A stretch of 64,000 nt of DNA, taken from assembly GCA_963706075.1 (NCBI GenBank), contig CAVPLP010000001.1, positions 836,541-900,540 of the forward strand, read 5' to 3'. The position numbers were made by a program, and so were the translations under genes. A model generated the notes under the pieces. It made no database searches. It saw only the letters and a program-made list of their open reading frames with translations, and had not been told where the DNA came from. The stretch is from an uncultured Actinomycetes bacterium (GTDB lineage: Bacteria; Actinomycetota; Thermoleophilia; Gaiellales; JAICJC01). Positions 7,960-16,746 of the stretch are shown here, in pieces. Within the stretch, counting starts at the first letter, position 1; every line of letters starts with the position of its first letter.

Positions 7960-9696
7960 GTGTCCTCCGAGCAGCTCTCGAACGCCGCGATCGCCGATCG
8001 GTTCGAGCTCATGGCGGACCTGCTCGAGCTGGAGGGCGCCGTCGTCTACCGGGTGCTCGCCTACCGGCGCGCGGCGAAGTCGCTGCGCGAGACCGCCGAG
8101 TCGGTCGCGCGGCTCTCATCGGAGGGACGGCTCACCACGCTGCCCGGCGTCGGCGAGACGATCGCCGCCAAGGTGGCGGAGCTGCTCGGAAGCGGCGAGA
8201 TCGCCGCGCTCGACAAGCTGATCAAGCGCAACCCTCCCGGCGCCACCACGGTGATGCGCATCCCGGGCATCGGCCCGAAGACCGCCCGGCGGATCTTCAC
8301 CGAGCTCGAGCTCGAGACCGTCGACCAGGTGCGCGAAGCGGCCGAGGCCAAGCGCATCCGGGTGCTCGGCGGGATGGGGGAGAAGACCGAGGAGGCGATC
8401 CTCGAGGGGCTGAAGGACGGCGCCGCAGGGGCCGCTCGGCGCACGTCGATCGGCCGGCTCCTGCCGCTGGCCGAGCGGATCGTCGAGGAGCTCGGGCGCT
8501 GCGACGCCGTCGTCCGGTGCGAGCCCGCCGGCAGCATCCGCCGGTTCGCCGAGACCGGCAAGGACATCGACATCGTCGCCGCGGTGACAAACCGCCTGAC
8601 GGCGTCCGAGGCCTTCGTGGCGCAGGAGTGGGTCGCCGACGTCGCCTCCCGTGGCGACAACCGGATCGCCGCAGTCGCACACGACGGCACCATCGTCGAG
8701 CTGCGCATGGTGCCGCCCAAGGTCTACGGGAACCTGCTCCAGCACCTCACCGGCTCCAAGCACCACAACGTGGCGCTGCGCGAGGCGGCCGTGCGGGCCG
8801 GGCTCAAGGTGAGCGAGTACGGCATCGAGGAGGTCGAGACCGGCGAGGTGCTGGCCTGCGAGCACGAGTCCGAGGTGTACGCGCGGCTCGGCATGACATG
8901 GATCCCGCCGGAGCTGCGCGAGAACCGCGGCGAGATCGAGGCCGCTCGCAAGGACAGCCTTCCGGCGCTGGTCGAGATCGGCCAGATCCGCGGCGACCTG
9001 CACATGCACACCGACTGGTCCGACGGCAAGGCGACGCTCGAGAAGATGGTCGAGGCGGCGCGAGCCCGAGGGTACGGCTACGTGAACGTGACGGATCACT
9101 CCCCGTCGGTCGGCTTCGGCATGGGCCTTGATGCGGGCAGGCTGCGCGATCAGGTCGAGCGGGTGCGCACGCTGGCCGAGAAGCTCGCGCCCGACTTCAC
9201 CCTGCTGGCCGGCGCGGAGGTCGACATCCTGCGGGACGGGTCGCTCGACTACTCCGACGAGCTCCTCTCCGAGCTCGACGTGGTCGTGGCGAGCGTGCAC
9301 GCGTCGCACCGGCTGTCGTCTGCCGACCAGACCAAGCGAATCTGCGCCGCGCTCGAGAACCCGCACGTCGACATCCTGGGCCACCCGACGGGGCGCCGGA
9401 TCGGAACCCGCGAGCCGAACCCGCTCGACATCGAGGCGGTGATCGCGAAGGCGGTCGAGACCCGCACGATCATCGAGGTGAGCTCGCAGCCCGAGCGGCT
9501 CGACCTGCGCGACACCCACGTCCGGCTTGCGGTCGAGGCCGGGGCGCGGCTCGTCGTCAACACCGACGCCCACTCGGTGGCGGCGCTCGACTATCTGCGC
9601 TTCGGCGTCGCCACCGCCCGTCGCGGCTGGGCGACGGCCGCCGACGTCATGAACACGCGCGAATGGCCCGAGCTCAAGGCTGAGCTCGGGCCATAG
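7960..9696 (+). CDS. polX: DNA polymerase/3'-5' exonuclease PolX (Pol beta-like domain plus PHP domain)
   Basis: ORF 7930..9696. The in-frame GTG 7960 (VSSEQLSNAAIADRFELMADLLELEG) fits typical PolX N-termini. HhH motifs (LPGVGETIAAKV, IPGIGPKTARRI); PHP motif GDLHMHTDWSDG. Confidence 0.9.
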   Translation: MSSEQLSNAAIADRFELMADLLELEGAVVYRVLAYRRAAKSLRETAESVARLSSEGRLTTLPGVGETIAAKVAELLGSGEIAALDKLIKRNPPGATTVMRIPGIGPKTARRIFTELELETVDQVREAAEAKRIRVLGGMGEKTEEAILEGLKDGAAGAARRTSIGRLLPLAERIVEELGRCDAVVRCEPAGSIRRFAETGKDIDIVAAVTNRLTASEAFVAQEWVADVASRGDNRIAAVAHDGTIVELRMVPPKVYGNLLQHLTGSKHHNVALREAAVRAGLKVSEYGIEEVETGEVLACEHESEVYARLGMTWIPPELRENRGEIEAARKDSLPALVEIGQIRGDLHMHTDWSDGKATLEKMVEAARARGYGYVNVTDHSPSVGFGMGLDAGRLRDQVERVRTLAEKLAPDFTLLAGAEVDILRDGSLDYSDELLSELDVVVASVHASHRLSSADQTKRICAALENPHVDILGHPTGRRIGTREPNPLDIEAVIAKAVETRTIIEVSSQPERLDLRDTHVRLAVEAGARLVVNTDAHSVAALDYLRFGVATARRGWATAADVMNTREWPELKAELGP

Positions 9697-9708
9697 CGTC
9701 GCGCGTTC

Positions 9709-11283
9709 CTACGACTCGGCCAGGATCTCCCAGACGATGTTCTTGCCGTGCTGCTGGGTGAAGAACCAGCGCGGGTTCGCCAGGGCGCCTGAGCGTCCCT
9801 GCATCCCGGCGACGAACTGCGATCCCGACGACACGTGGACGCCGGTCACCTCGTTGTCGCCCTCGTTCTGGTAGCCGGTCGTGCCGGCGTCGAGCAGGGC
9901 CGCGTCGGCCTCGGACTCGGTATCTCGCCCGAGCGCGAGGAACCGCACCGGGTTGGCCGGGTCGGTCATGTCGTACGCCCAGATCGAGTCGAGCCGGTTG
10001 AGCTGAGCGTGCAGGCCGTCGCCGCGGTCCTCGCCGGCGAGCAGCGTGTTGTGGTCGGCGAACGCGACGTTGTCGAACGACGAGTGCTCCGCGTCGCCCA
10101 GGGCCAGGATCGAGATGTGGCCGCTCGTCCCGTTCGTGATGTTGACGGTGAACAGGGTGCCCCAGGCGCCGCGCTTGGCCAGCGCCGGCACGTCCCCGGA
10201 GTCGGCGTTCGTGTCACCCGTCGCGGCGAACACGAACGTCTTGAAGCTCGAGCCGGGCCGGAACTGGAAGTTCTCGGGCCGCTCGAACGGCGTCGCGCCG
10301 GCCGCCTTGGCGAGCGCGTTGGCGTCGAACGCCGCGGTGCCGTTGGTGGCCGTGTTGTGGATCGTGATCCAGCGCGCGGGCCACGATGTCCCGAGCGTGT
10401 GGAGGCGCAGCCGGTCCTGCGAGAACACGTCACCAGACGGGTTTCCGGCATGGAATCGGACCGCGTGGCCGTGGATCGTGACCTGGAGCGCCTGGAGCTT
10501 CCCGCCCTTCGAGAGGTCGGACGGGTCCTTGGGCACGAACCGGTACATGAACGAGTTGGGCTGCTTGGCGACCACGGGTGCCGACGGATCGGACGGGTCG
10601 ACGCTGACCTCGGTGCCGCCCTCGTCCTCGGCCATGACCAGGTTGCCGTGGTCGTCGGGATGGATGCCCTCGTAGCTCCCCTTGCCGAGGATGCCGTCGA
10701 GCGAGGTCCGCTTCGGCGGCCAGCCCATCGTCAGCTCGATGGCACCGCCGTCGGGTCCGTCCTCCTGCGTTGCAAGGAGCGTGTGGGTGAACGGATCCCA
10801 CGTGGTGCCGTCGAGGTCGTTCAGGTGGGTCAGGCCGTCGCTCCCGACCGGCGTGAGCAGCGTGATGCGGTGCGCCGGGTCGGTGACGTCGAGGTTGATC
10901 CGGGTGACGGCGCCGAGGTCAGGGCCGCCCTCGTGGGCCTGGAAGAGGAAGTGCGTGCCGTAGTCGAACCCGTGGGTCGGGCCGGGAAGCCCGTGCCTGA
11001 AGATCAGGTACGTGTTCTGGTCGGGCTCCGTCTTGGTCGCCTCGACGGGCTGCGTCGAGCCGTCGTTCAGAAAGCCGAACCTCGTGAGCAGCCCGGACGG
11101 GTTCTCGAGCGGGTTCGAGCCCTGGGCGATCTTCACGAGCGTGAAGCCGGGCGCGACCTTGTTGGCCGGATGCCCGACCCGGTGGTTGGCGTTCGGGACG
11201 CCCGGTGGGGGGATCGATGCCGCCGCCGGGGCCGCTGCGGCCCCCAATGCGCAGACGGCGAGCACAACTGCTCCGCGTCTCAT
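9709..11283 (-). CDS. Secreted beta-propeller protein, PhoX/DUF839-like
   Basis: ORF 9709..11283. Signal peptide MRRGAVVLAVCALGAAAAPAAA. Motifs ATPFERPENFQF and NVAFADHNTLLAGEDRGDG resemble the DUF839/PhoX family. The assignment is from memory of that family and was not searched. Confidence 0.5.
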   Translation of the reverse strand: MRRGAVVLAVCALGAAAAPAAASIPPPGVPNANHRVGHPANKVAPGFTLVKIAQGSNPLENPSGLLTRFGFLNDGSTQPVEATKTEPDQNTYLIFRHGLPGPTHGFDYGTHFLFQAHEGGPDLGAVTRINLDVTDPAHRITLLTPVGSDGLTHLNDLDGTTWDPFTHTLLATQEDGPDGGAIELTMGWPPKRTSLDGILGKGSYEGIHPDDHGNLVMAEDEGGTEVSVDPSDPSAPVVAKQPNSFMYRFVPKDPSDLSKGGKLQALQVTIHGHAVRFHAGNPSGDVFSQDRLRLHTLGTSWPARWITIHNTATNGTAAFDANALAKAAGATPFERPENFQFRPGSSFKTFVFAATGDTNADSGDVPALAKRGAWGTLFTVNITNGTSGHISILALGDAEHSSFDNVAFADHNTLLAGEDRGDGLHAQLNRLDSIWAYDMTDPANPVRFLALGRDTESEADAALLDAGTTGYQNEGDNEVTGVHVSSGSQFVAGMQGRSGALANPRWFFTQQHGKNIVWEILAES

Positions 11284-11385
11284 CTTCAGTCCTCCGGTGA
11301 AGGGTGCCTCCTGTCACCGGTCACGCTAGGCCCGCGGATGTTCAGCTCAGGGCGAAGAAACGGGGGACATCTGGTGTCGATCCGG

Positions 11386-11574
11386 TTAACAGTCGATGGG
11401 ACCGACGACCTCGCCCTCGAGCACCTCCGGCTCGACGGCGGCGGGGTTCACGATCACCCGGTCGGCCCAGTAGAACTGCGTGCGGAGCGCGGCGTACACG
11501 TCGACGACCTGAGGCTCGACCTCGGCCAGCTCGGCCGGATGCACATCGACGGCGATGGTGTCGGACGCGTTCAC
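11386..11574 (-). CDS. Small acidic hypothetical protein (62 aa)
   Basis: ORF 11386..11574 with a GTG start. Strong GC bias at third codon positions and non-repetitive composition (MNASDTIAVDVHPAELAEVEPQVVDVYAALRTQFYWADRVIVNP...) support real coding. No family recognised. Confidence 0.45.
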   Translation of the reverse strand: MNASDTIAVDVHPAELAEVEPQVVDVYAALRTQFYWADRVIVNPAAVEPEVLEGEVVGPIDC

Positions 11575-11619
11575 CTCTCGAGCGTACGGGCCGCCCCGCG
11601 TGGCCGCAATGGGCGGGCG

Positions 11620-12402
11620 TCAGCCGGTGTCGGCGAGGTGCTCGAGGAGCTCGATCACGTCGAGCGGCCCTTCGACGACGGCGTCGGCTGCGGCGAGCAG
11701 GGCTCGCGGCGCCTCGGGCGACCGCACGGCGACCCTGACGGTCGCCTCGCGGAAGGCGTCGACGTCGCTCGAGTCGTCGCCGACGAAGAGGATCTCGGTG
11801 ATGTGCCGCCGACCTCGCAGCCGCTTCACCGCGGCGCCCTTGTCGACGGCGATCGGCGGGCGCACCTCGAGCACCATCCTTCCGAAGCTCGAGGCGAGCC
11901 CGGCCCGCTCGAGCTGGGGGACGATCTGGGTCTCGAGGTAGCGGTGGGCGTGGTCGGCCCGCGGCGAGCCGCGGTAGTGGACGGTGAAGGTGATGCCCTT
12001 GTCCTCGATCTGGCAGCCAAGCTCGGGCAGGAGGCCGTCGTTTCGGACGAGCTGGAGCGCGTCGGCGATCGGCTGCACGTACTTCACCGCCTGCGGAGCG
12101 AGGTGGACGGCTCCGTCGCGCCAGACCTCGAGGCCGTGGTTGCCGGAGATGGCGACGGCGTCGACAGGCACCATCCGCCGAGCCTGGGCGGCCGGACGGC
12201 CCGTGACGCAGGCCACGAGGGCGTAGGTCTGAGTCAGCCGCTCGAGCGCGCGGAGCGCCTCCGGGATCACCTGCGCCTCGTCGGGGGTGGCCGCGATGGG
12301 AGCAAGCGTGCCGTCGATGTCACAGACCACCCCGCTGTGGCGAGGATCGGCTCTGAGAGGTGCAACCAGGCGCGCCAGGCTCCGATCCACGGGCTCGTAC
12401 AC
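11620..12402 (-). CDS. otsB: Trehalose-6-phosphate phosphatase (HAD-IIB)
   Basis: Within ORF 11620..12600. HAD motifs CDIDGTLAPI, VTGR and FVGDDSSDVDAF. Start placed at GTG 12402 (VYEPVDRSLARLV); the N-terminal Arg/Pro-rich extension of the ORF looks non-coding. Confidence 0.8.
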   Translation of the reverse strand: MYEPVDRSLARLVAPLRADPRHSGVVCDIDGTLAPIAATPDEAQVIPEALRALERLTQTYALVACVTGRPAAQARRMVPVDAVAISGNHGLEVWRDGAVHLAPQAVKYVQPIADALQLVRNDGLLPELGCQIEDKGITFTVHYRGSPRADHAHRYLETQIVPQLERAGLASSFGRMVLEVRPPIAVDKGAAVKRLRGRRHITEILFVGDDSSDVDAFREATVRVAVRSPEAPRALLAAADAVVEGPLDVIELLEHLADTG

Positions 12403-12410
12403 TACCGGCT

Positions 12411-12767
12411 GTGTCAGAGCGGACCCTGGCCCTCGTGGGCATTGGACTGGCGGCCGGGTTCCTCTCGGGAGTGCTGGGCGTCGGCGGCGGGATCCTGATC
12501 GTCCCGCTGCTCGTGGCCGGCGTCGCCTACCAGCCGAAGCCTGCGATGGCGACGTCGCTCGCCGCGATCCTGCTGACGGCGATCGCCGCGGCCGCGTCAC
12601 ACGCCCAGGCCGGAAACGTCGCCTGGCGGGACGCCGCGCTCATCGGATTGCCCGCCGTCGGGGGAGCGGTGTTCGGCGCGTGGCTGCACCAGCGAATCTC
12701 CACCCGCCACGTCACGCTGGCGTTCTCGTGCTTCCTGATCCTCGCGGCCGTGAAGCTGGCGCTGTGA
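12411..12767 (+). CDS. TauE/SafE-family anion exporter, half-size (N-terminal-type repeat)
   Basis: Within ORF 12360..12767; start at GTG 12411 (VSERTLALVGIGLAAGFLSGVLGVGGGILIVPLL). About 4 TM helices; the GxGGG motif is typical of TauE. Confidence 0.7.
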   Translation: MSERTLALVGIGLAAGFLSGVLGVGGGILIVPLLVAGVAYQPKPAMATSLAAILLTAIAAAASHAQAGNVAWRDAALIGLPAVGGAVFGAWLHQRISTRHVTLAFSCFLILAAVKLAL

Positions 12768-13180
12768 CGCACGAGCTGATCGCAATCGCACTGGGAGTCC
12801 TCGCCGGCACGTTGTCGGCGCTCTTCGGGGTGGGCGGCGGGATCATCTTCGTCCCGACGCTGATCTTCCTCGGCCACTCGGCGCACGTCGCCGTGGCGAC
12901 GTCGCTGGCCGCGATGGTGCCGGTGATCGCCGTCGGCGCCTGGCGTCAGACGCGCTACGGGTCGGTCAACTGGCACGACGCCCTCATCATCGGCGTGGCG
13001 TCGGTGCCGATGACCAAGGTCGGCGAGATCGTGGCCACCTCGCTCGCGAACGACACGCTGCGGCGGGTGTTCGCCCTGCTGCTCGTGCTGGTCGCCGTCC
13101 AGCTCGCGCTGCGCGTCCTTCGCCCACCCGCCGGTGAAACAGCGGCGCCTGACGCCAATGTTTCACCGCCGCCAAGCTGA
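12764..13180 (+). CDS. TauE/SafE-family anion exporter, half-size (second repeat)
   Basis: Frame of ORF 12287..13180; the GTG at 12764 overlaps the upstream TGA (GTGA). VTHELIAIALGVLAGTLSALFGVGGGIIFVPTLI... The last ~15 codons are encoded by the first hairpin of the repeat array. Confidence 0.7.
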   Translation: MTHELIAIALGVLAGTLSALFGVGGGIIFVPTLIFLGHSAHVAVATSLAAMVPVIAVGAWRQTRYGSVNWHDALIIGVASVPMTKVGEIVATSLANDTLRRVFALLLVLVAVQLALRVLRPPAGETAAPDANVSPPPS

Positions 13181-13253
13181 AACACCTGTACCTGGTACCT
13201 CTGTTTCAGGCCGTTGCGCTGTGAAACACCGGTGCCTGACGCCAATGTTTCAC
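13134..13253. repeat. Array of three hairpins sharing (G/C)TGAAACA / TGTTTCA(C/G) arms
   Basis: - 13134-13166: GTGAAACAgcGGCGcctgaCGCCaaTGTTTCAC.
- 13177-13209: CTGAAACAcctGTACCtGGTACctcTGTTTCAG.
- 13221-13253: GTGAAACAccGGTGcctgaCGCCaaTGTTTCAC.
Units 1 and 3 are 33-bp direct repeats with 2 mismatches. Confidence 0.85.
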
Positions 13254-13275
13254 GCCGCCTGCGCTCCTGCGGCGG

Positions 13276-15264
13276 TCAGCGGCTTGTGGCGAGGATCTCG
13301 TCGGCGCGGCGCTTCAGGTCGTCGACCACGGCAGGGTCGCGGAGCGTCGTCGTGTCGCCCAGGGCGTGGCCCTCGGCGATGTCCTTGAGCAGGCGCCGCA
13401 TGATCTTGCCCGACCGGGTCTTGGGCAGGTCGTCGGCGATGATGACGGCCTTCGGGCGGGCGATCTTGCCGATCTTCTGGCCGATCCACTCGCGCAGCTC
13501 GGCGGCCAGCTCGTCGGACGGCTCGTAGCCCGCGCGCAGGAGGACGAAGCAGAGCGGCGTCTGTCCCGTGAACGAGTCGGGGGCCGCGGTCGCGGCCGCC
13601 TCGGCCACGGCCGGGTGCTCGACGAGGGTCGACTCCAGCTCGATCGTCGAGAGCCGGTGCCCGGAGACGTTCATCACGTCGTCGACCCGGCCCAGCAGCC
13701 AGAAGTCGCCGTCGTCGTCCTGGCGGGCTCCGTCGCCGGGGAAGTACGTCCGCGTGTCGAACCGCGAGAAGTAGTTTGAGACATAGCGCTCGTCGTCGCG
13801 ATAGAGCGTGCGGAACATCCCCGGCCACGGCCGCGTGATCACGAGGTAGCCGCCCTTGCCCTTCTCGACGGGGTTCCCGTGGTCGTCGACGACCGAGGCC
13901 GCGATGCCGGGGAACGGCCGCGTCGCCGACCCGGGCTTCTGCGTGACGAGCGCCGGAAGCGGCGTGATCAGGATGCCGCCGGTCTCGGTCTGCCACCACG
14001 TGTCGACGATCGGGCAGCGCTCGCCGCCGATGAACTTCCAGTACCAGACCCAGGCCTCGGGGTTGATGGGCTCGCCGACCGTGCCGAGCAGCCGGAGCGA
14101 GCTCAGGTCGTGACGCGCCGGGATCTCGGGCCCGGACTTGATGAACGCGCGGATCAGGGTCGGCGCCGTGTAGTACTGCGTCACGCGGTGCTTCGCGATG
14201 ATCTCCCAGTGCCGCTCCGGGCCGGGGAACATCGGGTCGCCCTCGTAGAGGACGCCCGTCGCCCCGTTGGCGAGCGGCCCGTAGACGATGTAGCTGTGGC
14301 CCGTCACCCAGCCGATGTCGGCGGCGCACCACCAGACGTCGTCGTCGTGGATGTCGAAGATCCACTTGTGGGTCAGGGCGACGAAGGTGAGGTACCCGCC
14401 CGACGTGTGCACGGCCGCCTTCGGCTTGGCCGTCGTCCCCGACGTGTGCAGGGCGTAGAGCATGTGCTCCGCGTCGACCAGCTCCGGCTCGCACGTGTCG
14501 GCCTGGCCGGGGACGAGCTCGTGCCACCAGTGATCGCGGCCGGCCTGCATCGGCACGTCGGCGCCCGTGCGCCGCAGCACCACCATGCTCTCGATCGACG
14601 GCGCCAGCCTGGCCGCCTCGTCGGCCGTCGTCTTGAGCGCGACGCCGGCCCCCTTCCGCCACGCCTCGTCCTGGGTGATGAGCGCCCTGGCGCCCGTCGA
14701 CTCGAGCCGCTCGCCGAGCGACTCGGCCGAGAAGCCGCCGAAGACGACCACGTGGGGCGCCCCGATCCGCGCGCACGCCAGCATCGCGACGGGCAGCTCG
14801 GGCACCATGCCCATGTAGATCCCGACCACGTCGCCCTTGCCGATCCCGAGCCCGCGCAGGGCGTTGGCCATCCGGCAGACGTCGGCCAGGAGCTCGGCAT
14901 ACGTGATCGCCCGCTCCTCCTCGCCGACCGGTTCGGGGACGAAGTGGTAGGCGACCTTCGAGCCTCGGCCCGCGGCGACGTGCCGGTCGAGGCAGTTGTG
15001 GCTGACGTTCAGGACGCCGTCTGCGAACCACGTGCAGTGCGGCGGGTCCCAGTCGAGCCCCGCAGTCGGCTCGCGGTGCCAGTCGAGCAGCGAACGGGTC
15101 TGGTCGAGCCAGAACGCGTCGAGGTCAGCCTCGGCACGCTCGTAGACGCCGGGATCGGAAACGACTGCCTGGGAGACGAATTCCCGCGGTGGCGGGAACT
15201 CGCGCCGCTCCTGGAGCAGGACGTCGATGGCGACCTCGGCCGCCTCCCGACTCACATCGCCCAT
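13276..15264 (-). CDS. acs: Acetyl-CoA synthetase (AMP-forming)
   Basis: Within ORF 13276..15339; start at MGDVSREAAEV (ATG 15264). Motifs HTSGTTAKPK, WWQTETGG and the C-terminal SGKIMRR. Confidence 0.95.
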   Translation of the reverse strand: MGDVSREAAEVAIDVLLQERREFPPPREFVSQAVVSDPGVYERAEADLDAFWLDQTRSLLDWHREPTAGLDWDPPHCTWFADGVLNVSHNCLDRHVAAGRGSKVAYHFVPEPVGEEERAITYAELLADVCRMANALRGLGIGKGDVVGIYMGMVPELPVAMLACARIGAPHVVVFGGFSAESLGERLESTGARALITQDEAWRKGAGVALKTTADEAARLAPSIESMVVLRRTGADVPMQAGRDHWWHELVPGQADTCEPELVDAEHMLYALHTSGTTAKPKAAVHTSGGYLTFVALTHKWIFDIHDDDVWWCAADIGWVTGHSYIVYGPLANGATGVLYEGDPMFPGPERHWEIIAKHRVTQYYTAPTLIRAFIKSGPEIPARHDLSSLRLLGTVGEPINPEAWVWYWKFIGGERCPIVDTWWQTETGGILITPLPALVTQKPGSATRPFPGIAASVVDDHGNPVEKGKGGYLVITRPWPGMFRTLYRDDERYVSNYFSRFDTRTYFPGDGARQDDDGDFWLLGRVDDVMNVSGHRLSTIELESTLVEHPAVAEAAATAAPDSFTGQTPLCFVLLRAGYEPSDELAAELREWIGQKIGKIARPKAVIIADDLPKTRSGKIMRRLLKDIAEGHALGDTTTLRDPAVVDDLKRRADEILATSR

Positions 15265-15265
15265 C

Positions 15266-15628
15266 TCAGGGCTCGTAGTCGAACTCGTCCTCGTCGGAGG
15301 AGAGCACCTTCTTGATCCCGATCGCCGCGGCGACCGCAATCGCGCCGCCGATCAGGAAGCGGCCGAACTTGCGGCTCTTCTTGGTCGGCTTCTCGGACAG
15401 CCTGGCAGCGGCGACCTTGAGCTCGCCTGCCGCCCGCATGAACTCGTCGCTCACGGCGCGCGACGTCGCGGCCTTGCGCGGTCCGTCAGCCTGGATCTTG
15501 GCGTAGATGGTCTTGGCCGAGTCGAGCGCCGTCTTCGCGTGTGCCCGTAGCTCCTCGTCGTTCGCCACACGCGTGACGATCGGAGTGAGCGTCTCGGCCA
15601 TCTTGTCGGTCTTCATCTTCGTGGGCAT
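15266..15628 (-). CDS. Hypothetical membrane-anchored protein (helical N-terminus, C-terminal TM helix, acidic tail)
   Basis: ORF 15266..15661. ATG 15628 is preceded by GGGAGGTGGG. TM helix FLIGGAIAVAAAIGI. Its stop lies 1 nt before the acs ATG, so the two are probably co-transcribed. Confidence 0.55.
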   Translation of the reverse strand: MPTKMKTDKMAETLTPIVTRVANDEELRAHAKTALDSAKTIYAKIQADGPRKAATSRAVSDEFMRAAGELKVAAARLSEKPTKKSRKFGRFLIGGAIAVAAAIGIKKVLSSDEDEFDYEP

Positions 15629-15676
15629 CTGGCCCACCTCCCTCGAGATCGCCGGTTTCAAGTCACACTACCACCG

Positions 15677-16729
15677 GTGGATTTCACACGCGTCGAAGCG
15701 ATTCTGGCCGAATGGGGCGAGCCTGCGTACCGTTTTCGCCAGGTGTATCAGGCGGCGACCCGCTCGCTGGCGGCCGACTACGACGGCATGACCGTCCTGC
15801 CCCTGTCGCTCCGCGAGCGACTGTCCGAGGCCGAGCCGCTGGCCGAGCTCGAGCTCGCCGACCTCCGCGAGTCGGGCGACGGGACGATCAAGCTGCGGAT
15901 GCTCACCCGCGACGGCTTCCCGGTCGAGGCGGTCGCGATGCGCCACCGAGGCCGGCGCACCGCCTGCCTGTCGTCGCAGTCCGGCTGCCCGCTCGCGTGC
16001 ACCTTCTGCGCGACCGGCGAGATGGGTCTCGGCCGCAGCCTGCGCTCCGGCGAGATCGTCGAGCAGCTGCTGGCACTGGCGCGGATCCTGCGAGACCAGG
16101 ACGCGACCGTGGGGAACGTCGTGATGATGGGGATGGGGGAGCCCTTCCTGAACTACGACGCCGTGCTCGACGCATGCCGGACGATGCACGACCCCGACGG
16201 GTTCAACCTCGGCGCCCGCCATATCGCGATCTCGACCGCGGGCTGGGTGCCCGGCATCGAGCGTCTCGCGGAGGAGCCGCTGCCGCTGCGGCTCGCGCTC
16301 TCGCTGCACGCGCCGACCGACGAGCTCCGCAGCGAGCTCATGCCCGTCACCCGCCGGTACCCGATCGAGCGGCTGATGGCGGCGTGCCGCGACTACCGGG
16401 AGCGCACGGGCCGCAGGATCTTCGTCGAGTACCTGCTCCTGGACGGCGTGAACGACTCCGACCGCGAGGCGCGGACCCTCGGCCGGCTGCTCGGCCCGGG
16501 CCCCGCCTTCCACGTCAACCTGATCGCGTACAACCCCACCGCCTCCGACTACTCCGCCTCGCCCCAGACCCGGGTGGCCGCGTTCGCCGAGATCCTGCGC
16601 GAGCTCGGGGTCGGGGCGAGCTACCGGCGCTCCCACGGGAGCGACATCGGGGCCGCGTGCGGACAGCTCGCGGTCGAGGGTGCCAAGGCCCGGCGGCGCG
16701 CTCTGCGCCGGATCCGGGCCCAGGCATAG
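15677..16729 (+). CDS. rlmN: 23S rRNA/tRNA (adenine-C2)-methyltransferase, radical SAM
   Basis: ORF 15677..16729. N-terminal YRFRQVYQA; radical-SAM motif CPLACTFCATG; C-terminal GSDIGAACGQL. Confidence 0.9.
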   Translation: MDFTRVEAILAEWGEPAYRFRQVYQAATRSLAADYDGMTVLPLSLRERLSEAEPLAELELADLRESGDGTIKLRMLTRDGFPVEAVAMRHRGRRTACLSSQSGCPLACTFCATGEMGLGRSLRSGEIVEQLLALARILRDQDATVGNVVMMGMGEPFLNYDAVLDACRTMHDPDGFNLGARHIAISTAGWVPGIERLAEEPLPLRLALSLHAPTDELRSELMPVTRRYPIERLMAACRDYRERTGRRIFVEYLLLDGVNDSDREARTLGRLLGPGPAFHVNLIAYNPTASDYSASPQTRVAAFAEILRELGVGASYRRSHGSDIGAACGQLAVEGAKARRRALRRIRAQA

Positions 16730-16746
16730 GCCGGTAGACTCGATCA

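Noticed and set aside
11284-11385. PHO-box-like repeats (GTCACCGGTCAC / CTTCACCGG) upstream of the PhoX-like gene.
   Set aside because: The repeat units and their spacing do not fit the 11-nt direct-repeat architecture of actinobacterial PhoP boxes as I recall it. The match is too short to distinguish from chance in GC-rich DNA.
12403-12410. Only 8 bp between the divergent otsB and tauE starts, implying leaderless transcripts or overlapping promoters.
   Set aside because: Both start codons are my own choices (GTG 12402 and GTG 12411) among several in-frame candidates. The apparent geometry may simply reflect start-site uncertainty.
9835-12498. Very long alternative-frame or antisense ORFs. 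Examples: 9835..12498 + (887 aa), 2855..4747 + (630 aa), 47798..49987 - (729 aa), 57927..59780 - (617 aa), 27558..30080 - (840 aa), 33239..35080 - (613 aa).
   Set aside because: Their translations are Arg/Pro/Gly/Ala-rich and low in complexity, with no recognisable motifs. Each lies opposite or out of frame to a gene with clear family signatures. These are the typical shadow ORFs of a ~70% GC genome, where stop codons are rare.
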